The notes below the pieces were generated by a model that saw only the letters and a list, made by a program, of their open reading frames with translations, searched no databases and was not told where the DNA came from. Below, in pieces: positions 9,731-19,129 of a stretch of DNA of 64,000 bases. Within the stretch, counting starts at the first letter, position 1. Every line of letters starts with the position of its first letter. This DNA comes from an uncultured beta proteobacterium (GTDB lineage Bacteria; Pseudomonadota; Gammaproteobacteria; Burkholderiales; Burkholderiaceae_C), in contig CAWAOQ010000010.1 of the NCBI GenBank assembly GCA_963783785.1, positions 139,316-203,315 of the forward strand, written 5' to 3'. Both the position numbers and the translations under genes were made by a program.

Positions 9731-11514
9731 CTACAGGTCTTCGGACCCTAGCAACATCTCGGAGATGCCTTGACCGGCCTTGACCATCGGCCAGACGTTC
9801 TCGGTCGGATCGGTTCGGATGTCGAGGAACACCGTGCGGTCCTTGAGGCGGATCGCCTCGCGAAGTGCAGCCTCGACGTCGCCGGGCTTCTCGACCAGCA
9901 AGCCGACGTGGCCGTAGGCCTCGGCGAGCTTGACGAAATCGGGCAGTGCGTCCATGTAGCTGTGCGAATAGCGGCCCTCGTAGTCGAGTTCCTGCCACTG
10001 CCGCACCATACCGAGGTAGCGGTTGTTCAGCGACACGATCTTCACCGGCGTCTTGTACTGCTGGCAGGTCGACAGTTCCTGGATGCACATCTGGATCGAG
10101 CCCTCGCCAGTGATGCAGAACACGTCCGCGTCCGGCTTGGCCAGCTTGATGCCCATCGCATACGGCAGCCCGACACCCATCGTGCCGAGGCCCCCGGAGT
10201 TGATCCAGCGGCGTGGCTGCTCGAATCGGTAGAACTGCGCCGCCCACATCTGGTGCTGCCCGACGTCGCTGGTGATGTAGGTATCGCGATCCTTCGTGAG
10301 CTGCCACAGCGTATCGACCACTTGCTGTGGCTTGATGACCTCGCTGCTCTTGCGGTAGGCCAGGCAGTCGCGTTTTCGCCACTCGTTGATCTGCGCCCAC
10401 CACGCATTGAGCGCCTCCTTGCCCGGACGCGCCTGCGCTTCCTTCACCTGGGCGATCAACTCCTGCAGCACATCCTTCACGTCGCCGACGATCGGGATAT
10501 CGACCTTGACGCGCTTGGAGATGCTCGACGGGTCGATGTCGACATGAACGATCTTGCGCTCGACCGAAGCGAAGTGCTTGGGATTGCCGATCACGCGGTC
10601 ATCGAAACGCGCACCCACCGCCAGCAGCACGTCGCAGTGCTGCATCGTCATGTTCGCCTCGTAGGTGCCATGCATCCCCAGCATGCCAAGGAACTGCGGA
10701 TCGCTGGCAGCAATGGCGCCGAGCCCCATCAGCGTATTGGTACAGGGGTAGCCGAGCAGGTGCACCAGTTCTCGCAACTCGGCCGAGGCCTCACCGAGGA
10801 TCACGCCTCCGCCGGTGTAGATGTATGGGCGCTTGGCGGCGAGCAACAGTTGCACGGCCTTGCGGATCTGGCCGCCGTGGCCCTTCTTGACCGGGTTGTA
10901 CGACCGCATCTCGATGCGATCGGGGTAGTGGAATGGTGCGGTCTTCAGCGACACATCCTTGGGCACGTCCACCACCACGGGGCCGGGGCGCCCGGTGCGT
11001 GCGATGTGGAACGCCTTCTTGATGGTCAGCGCCAGGTCGCGCACGTCCTTGACCAGGAAGTTGTGCTTCACGATCGGCCGCGTGATGCCGACGGTGTCGC
11101 ACTCCTGGAAGGCATCCAGGCCGATCGCCGGCGTCGGCACTTGCCCGGTGATGATCACCATCGGGATCGAGTCCATGTACGCGGTCGCAATGCCGGTGAC
11201 GGCATTGGTCACTCCCGGACCCGATGTCACGAGTGCCACGCCGACCTCGCCGGTGGCACGTGCGTAGCCGTCGGCGGCGTGGATGGCGGCCTGTTCATGG
11301 CGCACCAGTACATGCTCGATCGTGTCCTGCTTGTACAGGGCATCGTAGATGTAGAGCACAGCGCCGCCAGGGTAGCCCCAAAGGTACCTGACGCCCTCGG
11401 CCTGCAGGCAGCGGACGAGAATCTCTGAGCCGTTCGGCTCGCGTGCTGGGGAATTGGGGGAGAAGCAGGCTGTGCCGATGCGGCACGCTTGACTTCCGCG
11501 GCAGACATGTCCAT
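9731..11514 (-). pseudogene. ilvI: acetolactate synthase large (catalytic) subunit, N-terminal frame disruption
   Basis: ORF 9731..11359 covers most of the ThDP enzyme. The conserved N-terminus EPNGSEILVRCLQAEGVRYLWGYPGGAVLYIYDAL lies in the same frame but has no start codon. The SD-preceded ATG (11514, MDMSAAEVKRAAS...) is in another frame. The junction is about 11400-11440. This is the only disruption that needs a missing base (or two extra). Confidence 0.85.
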
Positions 11515-11767
11515 CTTGAACCTCTGTGAATTTCTCTAACGAAAATCCATCGGTGCCCCTCCTCGCGCCCTCGTGAGGCGGATGTGGAACCTGCGCGGTC
11601 AGAAACTGGACGCCCGGGTCGGGCCGCCCAACTGAGACCTGAATAGCGTTGTGCGAAGCAGCATTATTACATCAGCCGTCGGCTGCGGCGGCGGCACACG
11701 GCGTCCCTGCTGGGCAGTGACATAATCCGCCGCGCTCCCAAGCCGGGGGCCCTGCGTCTCTGCCGCC

Positions 11768-12337
11768 TTGGCCACCGACAACGAACTCTCTGACTTTCTC
11801 AAGAGCGTCGAGAAACGTGCCTTCAAGCGCACTGCCTACACGGTGCGCAATGACGAGGCCGCGTTGGATATCGTGCAGGACGCCATGATCCGGCTGGCCG
11901 AGAAGTACGCCGACCGGCCCGCCGCCGAACTTCCGCTGGTGTTCCAGCGGATACTGTCCAACGCCACGATGGACTGGTTTCGGCGCCAGAAGGTGCGCAA
12001 TGCGCTGATCGTGAACCTTTCCGAGTTCGAGGGCGCTGACGATGATGGCGGCGATTTCGACCTGCTCGAGTTGCTTGATACCTCCGCCGGCTCGGTCGCG
12101 ACGGAAAGTGCCGCGGACTCCGTGGGTCGCATGCAGACCCTGCAACTCATCGAAGCCGAGGTGGCCCGATTGCCGAGGCGTCAACGGGAAGCATTCTTGC
12201 TTCGTTACTGGGAAGAGTTGGATGTTGCAGAAACAGCATCGGTCATGGGGTGCTCGGAAGGCAGTGTGAAGACGCATTGTTCCCGGGCCGTACATGCATT
12301 GGCATTGACACTGCGCGCCAAGGGGATTTCGATATGA
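11768..12337 (+). CDS. ECF-type RNA polymerase sigma-70 family factor
   Basis: 189-aa ORF (TTG start). Region 2: ALDIVQDAMIRLAEKY...VFQRILSNATMDWFRR. Region 4: LPRRQREAFLLRYWEELDVAETASVMGCSEGSVKTHCSRA. Confidence 0.9.
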   Translation: MATDNELSDFLKSVEKRAFKRTAYTVRNDEAALDIVQDAMIRLAEKYADRPAAELPLVFQRILSNATMDWFRRQKVRNALIVNLSEFEGADDDGGDFDLLELLDTSAGSVATESAADSVGRMQTLQLIEAEVARLPRRQREAFLLRYWEELDVAETASVMGCSEGSVKTHCSRAVHALALTLRAKGISI

Positions 12338-12798
12338 AGAATCAAAGGTTGCCGTCGCCGGATGTGTCGCGATCCGTTGAGGCGATGCAGGCACGGTTTG
12401 CCCTCCGCATCACTGCCAGCCTGTCGGAACTGCAAGCTGGCGGTCTTGGGCCGGATGTGGATGAGCGCCTGCGCTTTGCGCGTGAGCAGGCCTTGTTGCG
12501 CGCGCGCGCGGTTCGCCCGACTCGGTTGGCTGCGCCGGCGGGCGTGGCCCAGAGTGGCGGCACGATGGCACTCGGCCCTGGCGACAGGTCCGACGTCACG
12601 CCGTGGTGGCTGCGCCTTGGCGCGTTGGTGCCGTTGGCCGTGCTCTTGGCAGGCTTGGTGCTGATCGACAGCCAGTACACCCGTGCACAAATCGAAGCTG
12701 CCGCCGAACTCGACGCGGCCATCCTGTCCGATGACCTGCCGCCGGAAGCCTACCGCGACCAGGGATTCGTTGAATTCCTCAAGACTTCGCGGCCGTGA
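12334..12798 (+). CDS. DUF3619-like membrane protein (candidate anti-sigma partner)
   Basis: Internal ATG overlaps the sigma stop (ATGA). Sequence MKNQRLPSPDVSRSVEAMQARFALRITASL... has one TM segment (WWLRLGALVPLAVLLAGLVLI). The position is typical for an anti-sigma factor. Confidence 0.7.
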   Translation: MKNQRLPSPDVSRSVEAMQARFALRITASLSELQAGGLGPDVDERLRFAREQALLRARAVRPTRLAAPAGVAQSGGTMALGPGDRSDVTPWWLRLGALVPLAVLLAGLVLIDSQYTRAQIEAAAELDAAILSDDLPPEAYRDQGFVEFLKTSRP

Positions 12799-13541
12799 CC
12801 CCTTTTGCCACCCCGCTGCTCAGAGTGTTTCTGCACGGCCTCCGCACCGCAGGGGTGCTCTGCGCGCTGGGGTTCGCCGGGCTGGCCGGGGCCCAAGGCG
12901 TCGCCGGGTCAGGCCCGGTGGCTTGGAACAGTCTGAGTCAGGCGCAGAAGAGCGTTCTCACGCCGCTTGAACGCGACTGGCGCGCCATCAGTCCGGATCA
13001 GCAACAGAAGTGGGTCGAGGTGGCCAATCGTTTCCCGGCCATGCCGGCCGAAGAGCGTAGCCGCGTCCAACAGCGCATTGCCGAGTGGTCGCGCCTGTCG
13101 CCCAAGGAACGTGGCCAGGCCCGCCTCAACTTCCAGGAGTCACGCCAGCTCAGTCCGCAAGAAAGACAGCAGCAATGGGAGGCCTACCTGGCGCTCCCGC
13201 CCGAACAGCGTCGGGCACTGGCCGAGCGCATGCGGCCCAGTACCGCGAGCACGCGCAATGGCGTCGCCGGCGATGCGAGCATCAAGTCGAGCGTCGTGCG
13301 TGTGCCTGGCTCACCGCCTGCGCGACCGGTGAGCCCGACGGTCGTGCAGCGCGGTGCCGGAGCGACCACCAACCTGGTCTCCAAGCCAGCGACGCCGCCT
13401 CTGCACCAGCAAGCCGGGTTGCCCAAGGTCGCGGCGACGCCAGGCTTTGTCGACCGTGCGACCTTGTTGCCGCAGCGCGGCGCACAGGGCGCGGCAGCAG
13501 TTGCACCGGTGGCCGCCGATGACAAGTCCAAAGCCAAGTGA
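12795..13541 (+). CDS. DUF3106-like secreted protein
   Basis: The GTG start overlaps the previous stop (GTGA). Signal peptide, then repeated helical motifs: WNSLSQAQKSVLTPLERDW, ISPDQQQKWVEVANRF, MPAEERSRVQQRIAEW, LSPKERGQARLNFQ, LSPQERQQQWEAY. Confidence 0.7.
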   Translation: MTPFATPLLRVFLHGLRTAGVLCALGFAGLAGAQGVAGSGPVAWNSLSQAQKSVLTPLERDWRAISPDQQQKWVEVANRFPAMPAEERSRVQQRIAEWSRLSPKERGQARLNFQESRQLSPQERQQQWEAYLALPPEQRRALAERMRPSTASTRNGVAGDASIKSSVVRVPGSPPARPVSPTVVQRGAGATTNLVSKPATPPLHQQAGLPKVAATPGFVDRATLLPQRGAQGAAAVAPVAADDKSKAK

Positions 13542-14074
13542 CTGCGCCCGTCGCACCGTGCGATGACGCTTCGGCGCCCAGCCTGACTCGACGCATGGCC
13601 GCCTTCGTGTACGAAGGCGTCTTGCTGTTCGGCGTGCTGACGATTGCGGGCTATCTCTACTCGTCGTTGACCCAGCAGCGTCACGCACTGCATGGGCTGG
13701 CCGGGCTGCAGGTCTTTCTCTTCGTCGTGCTGGCCATCTACTTCACCTGGTTCTGGAGCCACGGCGGACAGACTGTCGCGATGCGCGCGTGGCACGTCCG
13801 CCTGGTCACTCGCGACGGACAGCCGGTGACACAGGCGCGCGCGCTGTCGCGTTACCTCGCGAGTTGGGTCTGGTTCGTGCCAGCGCTGGCCTCGGCATCC
13901 CTGGCGCACCTGCAAAGCGCTGCACAGATATTCGCGCTGCTGTCCGCGTGGGTCGTCGTCTACGCCCTGACGGCATTGATGCACCCCGAACGCCAGTTCT
14001 GGCATGACGCTCTGTGCGGCACCCGGCTGGTCATGTGGCGCCCAACCGCACGGCGGGCACAATCGGGCGCATGA
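13538..14074 (+). CDS. RDD family membrane protein
   Basis: The GTG start overlaps the previous stop. Sequence RRMAAFVYEGVLLFGV...GGQTVAMRAWHVRLVTRDGQPV... has three TM segments, matching the RDD domain pattern. Confidence 0.75.
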   Translation: MTAPVAPCDDASAPSLTRRMAAFVYEGVLLFGVLTIAGYLYSSLTQQRHALHGLAGLQVFLFVVLAIYFTWFWSHGGQTVAMRAWHVRLVTRDGQPVTQARALSRYLASWVWFVPALASASLAHLQSAAQIFALLSAWVVVYALTALMHPERQFWHDALCGTRLVMWRPTARRAQSGA

Positions 14075-14130
14075 GCCCGCCGGGGCGCCCGAAGGGCGAC
14101 TACCGGATGGCGGAGCCCAAAGGTATCGCG

Positions 14131-14517
14131 ATGAGCAATGAGTTCAAAGGCCGCACCGGCTTCGACCGCATCGTCCACGCCGCTGGCCATTCGATCAGTG
14201 GCCTGCGTCTGGCCTACGGCAATGAGAGCGCGTTTCGTCAGGAGGTCTGGCTTGCGACGCTGATGCTGCCGACAGCGTTCTGGCTGGGCCGGGGATGGGT
14301 CGAGGTGGCACTTCTGGCCGGGTCGGTCATGCTCGTGATGATCGTCGAGTTGCTTAACTCGGCTGTCGAAGCGGTGGTCGACCGCGTGTCGTATGACTGG
14401 CACGAGCTCTCCAAACGGGCCAAGGATTTCGGCAGCGCTGCAGTCATGCTGTCGCTGCTGCTGTGCGGCTGCATCTGGGCCGCGGCGTTGGCGCATCGCT
14501 TCTTGGGGCAGACATGA
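14131..14517 (+). CDS. dgkA: diacylglycerol kinase
   Basis: C-terminal part of ORF 14014..14517: MSNEFKGRTGFDRIVHAAGHSISGLRLAYGNESAFRQE...ELLNSAVEAVVDR...AKDFGSAAV (prokaryotic DAGK family). ATG 14107 is an alternative start. Confidence 0.88.
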   Translation: MSNEFKGRTGFDRIVHAAGHSISGLRLAYGNESAFRQEVWLATLMLPTAFWLGRGWVEVALLAGSVMLVMIVELLNSAVEAVVDRVSYDWHELSKRAKDFGSAAVMLSLLLCGCIWAAALAHRFLGQT

Positions 14518-15098
14518 CCGGGTTGACCATCGCGGTGTATTGCGGCTCGCGTTTTGGCGATGCTCCAGCGTTCGCGAACGCTGCTCGCGACCTTGGCCGC
14601 CGGATTGCGTCGAGGGGCGACAGCGTCGTCTACGGCGGCGGCCGCGTCGGGCTGATGGGGGTCCTGGCAGATGCTGCCATCGCTGCAGGAGGCCGGGTGA
14701 TCGGTGTGATTCCGCAGGCCCTGATGGACCGCGAGGTTGGCCATGGCGGCCTGGCAGAGTTGCATGTGGTGCGGACAATGCACGAGCGCAAGCAATTGAT
14801 GGCCGAGCGCGCCGACGCCTTCATTGCCCTGCCCGGCGGCATCGGCACACTCGAGGAACTCTATGAGGTGTGGTCGTGGCAGCAATTGGGATACCACGAC
14901 AAGCCTGTGGCATTGCTCAACGTCGATGGCTACTACGATGCGCTGCTGGCCTTCATGAAAGTCAGCCACGAACGCGGCTTCGTCTCCACACCGCAATATC
15001 ACGCACTGCTCGTCGACGACGATGCGGACCGACTGCTCGATCGCATTCGCGAGGCAGCCGCCAAGGCGACGGCGCGCGACGACTACTCGAAGATCTAG
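14514..15098 (+). CDS. LOG family protein (TIGR00730-type nucleotide 5'-monophosphate nucleosidase)
   Basis: The ATG overlaps the dgkA stop (ATGA). Sequence: IAVYCGSRFG...VVYGGGRVGLMG...PGGIGTLEELYEVWSW, with the PGGxGTxxE motif. Confidence 0.88.
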   Translation: MTGLTIAVYCGSRFGDAPAFANAARDLGRRIASRGDSVVYGGGRVGLMGVLADAAIAAGGRVIGVIPQALMDREVGHGGLAELHVVRTMHERKQLMAERADAFIALPGGIGTLEELYEVWSWQQLGYHDKPVALLNVDGYYDALLAFMKVSHERGFVSTPQYHALLVDDDADRLLDRIREAAAKATARDDYSKI

Positions 15099-15119
15099 GC
15101 CCGCGCAGCGCGCCGGGCG

Positions 15120-15491
<372 letters not shown>

Positions 15492-17174
15492 TTAAGCACG
15501 GAACTTGGAGGTGATGGGGTAACGCCAGTCGCGTCCAAAGGCTCGGTGCGTGATGCGGATGCCCACCGGCGCCTGGCGTCGCTTGTACTCGTTGACCTTG
15601 ATCAGCCGCGTCACGCGCTCGACCGTGGCACGGTCGAAGCCGGCAGCGACGATGTCCTCGACGCTGCAATCGTCTTCCATGTACAGCGCGAGGATCGCGT
15701 CGAGCACTTCGTAGGGCGGAAGGCTGTCCTGGTCGGTCTGGTTTGGCCGCAATTCGGCCGAGGGCGCACGCGTGAGGATGCGCTGCGGGATCACCGGCCC
15801 GACCGTGCCGTCGGCGCGCCGCGTCGGCTGGCGATTCTTCCATTCGCACAGGCGATAGACGAGCGTCTTGGCCACGTCCTTGATGACCGCAAAGCCGCCG
15901 GCCATGTCTCCGTACAGCGTGCAGTAGCCGGTGGCCATCTCGCTCTTGTTGCCTGTGGTCAACACGATCGCGCCGGTCTTGTTGGACAACGCCATCAGCA
16001 GCGTGCCGCGGATGCGGGCCTGTATGTTCTCCTCGGTGGTGTCCTCTGGCAGGCCGGCGAACTGTTCGGCCAGACTGGCGCGAAAGGCATCGAACATCGG
16101 CGCAATCGGCAACTCGTCGTAGCGCACACCGAGGCGCTCGGCCATGTCGCGCGCGTCGATCCACGAGATGTCAGCGGTGTAAGGCGACGGCATCATCACG
16201 GTTCGCACCTTGTCGGCGCCCAGTGCATCGACGGCCAGTGCCAGCACCAATGCCGAATCGACACCTCCCGACAGGCCGATGATCGCTCCGGGGAAGCCGT
16301 TCTTGCCCAGATAGTCGCGCACGCCAGTCACCAGCGCCGACCAGGCCTGCGCCTCGAGTTCGGGCACCGCATGCACCTGGCCACGCAACGTCTCGCCATC
16401 GATCTCGACGAACGCCAGCGTCTCGTCGAAGCTCGGGGCCCGCATGCGCAACACGCCAGCCGCATCGACTGCGAACGACGCGCCATCGAATACCACCTCG
16501 TCCTGGCCTCCGACCAGATGGGCATACAGCAGAGGCAGGCCGGCCGCGCGCGCACGTTCGGACATGCGCTTTTCACGCTCATCGGCCTTGTCGATGTGAA
16601 ACGGTGACGCATTGAGCACGGCCAACAGTTGCGCGCCGGCCTGTTTTGCCATCTGCGCCGGCTCGTCGTACCAGGCGTCCTCGCAGATCAGCACGCCGAC
16701 CTTGATGCCACCGATGTCGAACACCAGCGGCCGGTGGCCCGCGTCGCGGCCAGACGCGAAATAGCGCCGCTCGTCGAACACCTGGTAGTTCGGCAACTCG
16801 CGCTTGCAGTAGGTGCCGACGACCTGTCCCCCTGTCAGCAGCGAGGCCGCGTTGAAGCGCATCGGCTGCGCGGTGGACTTGGTCCTAACATCGCCGCGTT
16901 CACCGAACTGATGCGGATGCCCGACCAACACGAACAAACCCTCGCAGGTTGCCAATTCCGACGCGATGCCGCCCAGCGCCTCGGCACAGGCGCGCATGAA
17001 CGCTGGCCGCAGCAGCAGGTCTTCTGGCGGATAGCCGCACAGCGCCAACTCCGGCGCCACCAGCAGGCGGGCGCCGGCAGCATGGGCGCGGCGGGCGGCA
17101 TCGACGATGCGGCGCGCATTGCCCGCCAGGTCACCGACGGTGGCGTTGATCTGGGCCAGCGCAACCTTGATCAC
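15492..17174 (-). CDS. nadE: glutamine-dependent NAD+ synthetase
   Basis: ORF 15492..17294, with a probable GTG start at 17174 (VIKVALAQIN). N-terminal nitrilase/CN-hydrolase domain plus the C-terminal NAD synthase P-loop GLSGGVDSALV. Confidence 0.92.
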   Translation of the reverse strand: MIKVALAQINATVGDLAGNARRIVDAARRAHAAGARLLVAPELALCGYPPEDLLLRPAFMRACAEALGGIASELATCEGLFVLVGHPHQFGERGDVRTKSTAQPMRFNAASLLTGGQVVGTYCKRELPNYQVFDERRYFASGRDAGHRPLVFDIGGIKVGVLICEDAWYDEPAQMAKQAGAQLLAVLNASPFHIDKADEREKRMSERARAAGLPLLYAHLVGGQDEVVFDGASFAVDAAGVLRMRAPSFDETLAFVEIDGETLRGQVHAVPELEAQAWSALVTGVRDYLGKNGFPGAIIGLSGGVDSALVLALAVDALGADKVRTVMMPSPYTADISWIDARDMAERLGVRYDELPIAPMFDAFRASLAEQFAGLPEDTTEENIQARIRGTLLMALSNKTGAIVLTTGNKSEMATGYCTLYGDMAGGFAVIKDVAKTLVYRLCEWKNRQPTRRADGTVGPVIPQRILTRAPSAELRPNQTDQDSLPPYEVLDAILALYMEDDCSVEDIVAAGFDRATVERVTRLIKVNEYKRRQAPVGIRITHRAFGRDWRYPITSKFRA

Positions 17175-17195
17175 ATCGGAACCTGCTGAGTCGAA

Positions 17196-18374
17196 ATGGC
17201 CAACACGGAGAGTGAAAAGAATTATGTCATCCGGGTTCACGACGACCCGACGGCGGTCGACGCCAGCGCCTGGAACGCACTGCTGGATGTTCAAGACTCA
17301 CCGACGCCGTTCATGCGTCACGAGTACCTGCTCGGGTTGCACCGCTCACGAAGCGCCGTGGCCGAAACTGGCTGGGAACCCGCGTGGATCACGATCGAAT
17401 GCCAAGGGGCGCTGCACGGCGCCGCTGCGCTGTACCTGAAAGCCCACTCCTACGGCGAGTACGTGTTCGACTGGGCCTGGGCCGATGCCTACCAGCGCAA
17501 CGGCCTGGACTACTACCCCAAGCTGCTCGGCGCGGTGCCGTTCACACCGGTGCCGGGATCGCGCCTGCTGGCGGTCAACGACGCGGCCCGCGATCTGTTG
17601 CTGCAAACCATCCTGGCACTCGCTCGCCAGCAGCGCCTGTCGTCGGCTCACCTGTTGTTCATGTCGGCAGCCGACCGCGCTGCGTGCGAGCGGGCGGGCT
17701 GGCTGCTGCGCGAGGGCGTGCAATTCCATTGGCAGAACCGTGAAGCCACCCCCTACGCCGACTTCGATGACTTCCTGCATAGCCTTCAGCGCGACAAGCG
17801 CAGGAAGATCGCGCAAGAGCGGCGGCGCGTGGTCGAGGCCGGCGTTTGCTACGAAGTGGTCGAAGGCGAGCGGATCGACGCCGCGCTGTGGGACTTCTTC
17901 TACCACTGCTACACCCTCACCTACCGCGCCCATCATTCGACGCCGTACCTGACACGGGCCTTCTTCGCCGAGATGGCGCAGGCAATGCCCGCGCACTGGC
18001 TGATGGTCGTAGCGACCCGTCGAGGAGAGCGCATCGCCGCATCGCTGATCGCGCGCGACCCGTCGCGCCGTGTCGCGTACGGCCGCTACTGGGGCGCGAT
18101 CGAGTACGTGCCCTGCCTGCACTTCGACGCCTGCTACTACCAGCCACTGAACTGGTGCATCGCCAACGGCTATCTGCGGTTCGAAGGCGGCGCACAGGGC
18201 GAACACAAGATGGCCCGCGGCCTGTTGCCGGTCAAGACCCTGTCGGCGCACTGGTTGGCCGACCGCAGGTTCGCGTCGGCAGTGGCCGACTTTCTGGCAC
18301 GCGAGGGCGCCGGTGTCGAAGCCTATGTGGACGAACTCAACGAGCGCAACCCTTTCAAGGCTGCGCCGCCTTGA
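17196..18374 (+). CDS. GNAT-fold protein of the DUF482/FemAB-like family
   Basis: 392-aa ORF: AWNALLDVQDSPTPFMRHEYLLGLHRS...YGEYVFDWAWADAY...YYPKLLGAVPFTPVPG... I recognise this as a conserved proteobacterial family of unknown function. Confidence 0.75.
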   Translation: MANTESEKNYVIRVHDDPTAVDASAWNALLDVQDSPTPFMRHEYLLGLHRSRSAVAETGWEPAWITIECQGALHGAAALYLKAHSYGEYVFDWAWADAYQRNGLDYYPKLLGAVPFTPVPGSRLLAVNDAARDLLLQTILALARQQRLSSAHLLFMSAADRAACERAGWLLREGVQFHWQNREATPYADFDDFLHSLQRDKRRKIAQERRRVVEAGVCYEVVEGERIDAALWDFFYHCYTLTYRAHHSTPYLTRAFFAEMAQAMPAHWLMVVATRRGERIAASLIARDPSRRVAYGRYWGAIEYVPCLHFDACYYQPLNWCIANGYLRFEGGAQGEHKMARGLLPVKTLSAHWLADRRFASAVADFLAREGAGVEAYVDELNERNPFKAAPP

Positions 18375-18377
18375 GGT

Positions 18378-18914
18378 TCACTTCCTGGCGCCCGGCCACG
18401 CGGCCATGCCGTTGACGATTTCCTGCCTCGCGGCATCGGGCCCCTCCCAGCCGACCACCTTGACCCACTTGTTGGGCTCGAGATCCTTGTAGTGCTCGAA
18501 GAAGTGCTGGATCGCGTTCAGGCGCATCGGATTCACATCGGCAGGCTTCTGCCAGTGGTTGTACATCGGAAGGATCTTGCTCGTTGGCACAGCCAGCACC
18601 TTGGCGTCACCGCCGGCCTCGTCTGCCATCTTCAGGATGCCGATCGGCCGGCAAGTCACCACCACGCCAGGGGTCAGCGCGAATGGCGTGATCACCAGCA
18701 CGTCGACCGGGTCGCCGTCGTCGGACAGCGTCTGCGGCACATAGCCGTAGTTGCATGGGTAGTGCATCGCCGTGGTCATGAAGCGGTCGACGAACATGGC
18801 GCCGCTGTCCTTGTCGACCTCGTACTTGATCGGGTCGGCGTTCATCGGAATCTCGATGATCACGTTGAACTCGTCGGGCGCCTTGGCGCCGGGCGTCACG
18901 TTGTGCAGGCTCAT
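18378..18914 (-). CDS. ppa: inorganic pyrophosphatase (soluble, family I)
   Basis: 178-aa ORF: [30 protein letters not shown]...[19 protein letters not shown]. Confidence 0.96.
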   Translation of the reverse strand: MSLHNVTPGAKAPDEFNVIIEIPMNADPIKYEVDKDSGAMFVDRFMTTAMHYPCNYGYVPQTLSDDGDPVDVLVITPFALTPGVVVTCRPIGILKMADEAGGDAKVLAVPTSKILPMYNHWQKPADVNPMRLNAIQHFFEHYKDLEPNKWVKVVGWEGPDAARQEIVNGMAAWPGARK

Positions 18915-19129
18915 GGGGACTCGATCGAAGGCAGGGATGACCCGAAGATTCTACGGACGCCCCTTGCACGGCCCTGACCGGCATCGGCCCCCCGCCGAAC
19001 GGGGGAAAAACACGGGCCAGTCGAGCCTGCGGCATCGCGTAGCATTCGAGGTTGAGTCCGGCGGCCGCTGCCGCCGGGGCAGAAAAACCACCCTTCCCAG
19101 GGCCTGAATCAACAAGAGGAGCCTCCTTC

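Noticed and set aside
11515-11767. Search for an Ile/Leu/Val-rich leader peptide upstream of ilvI.
   Set aside because: The small ORFs present (for example MLLRTTLFRSQLGGPTRASSF) have no run of regulatory codons, and no terminator precedes ilvI.
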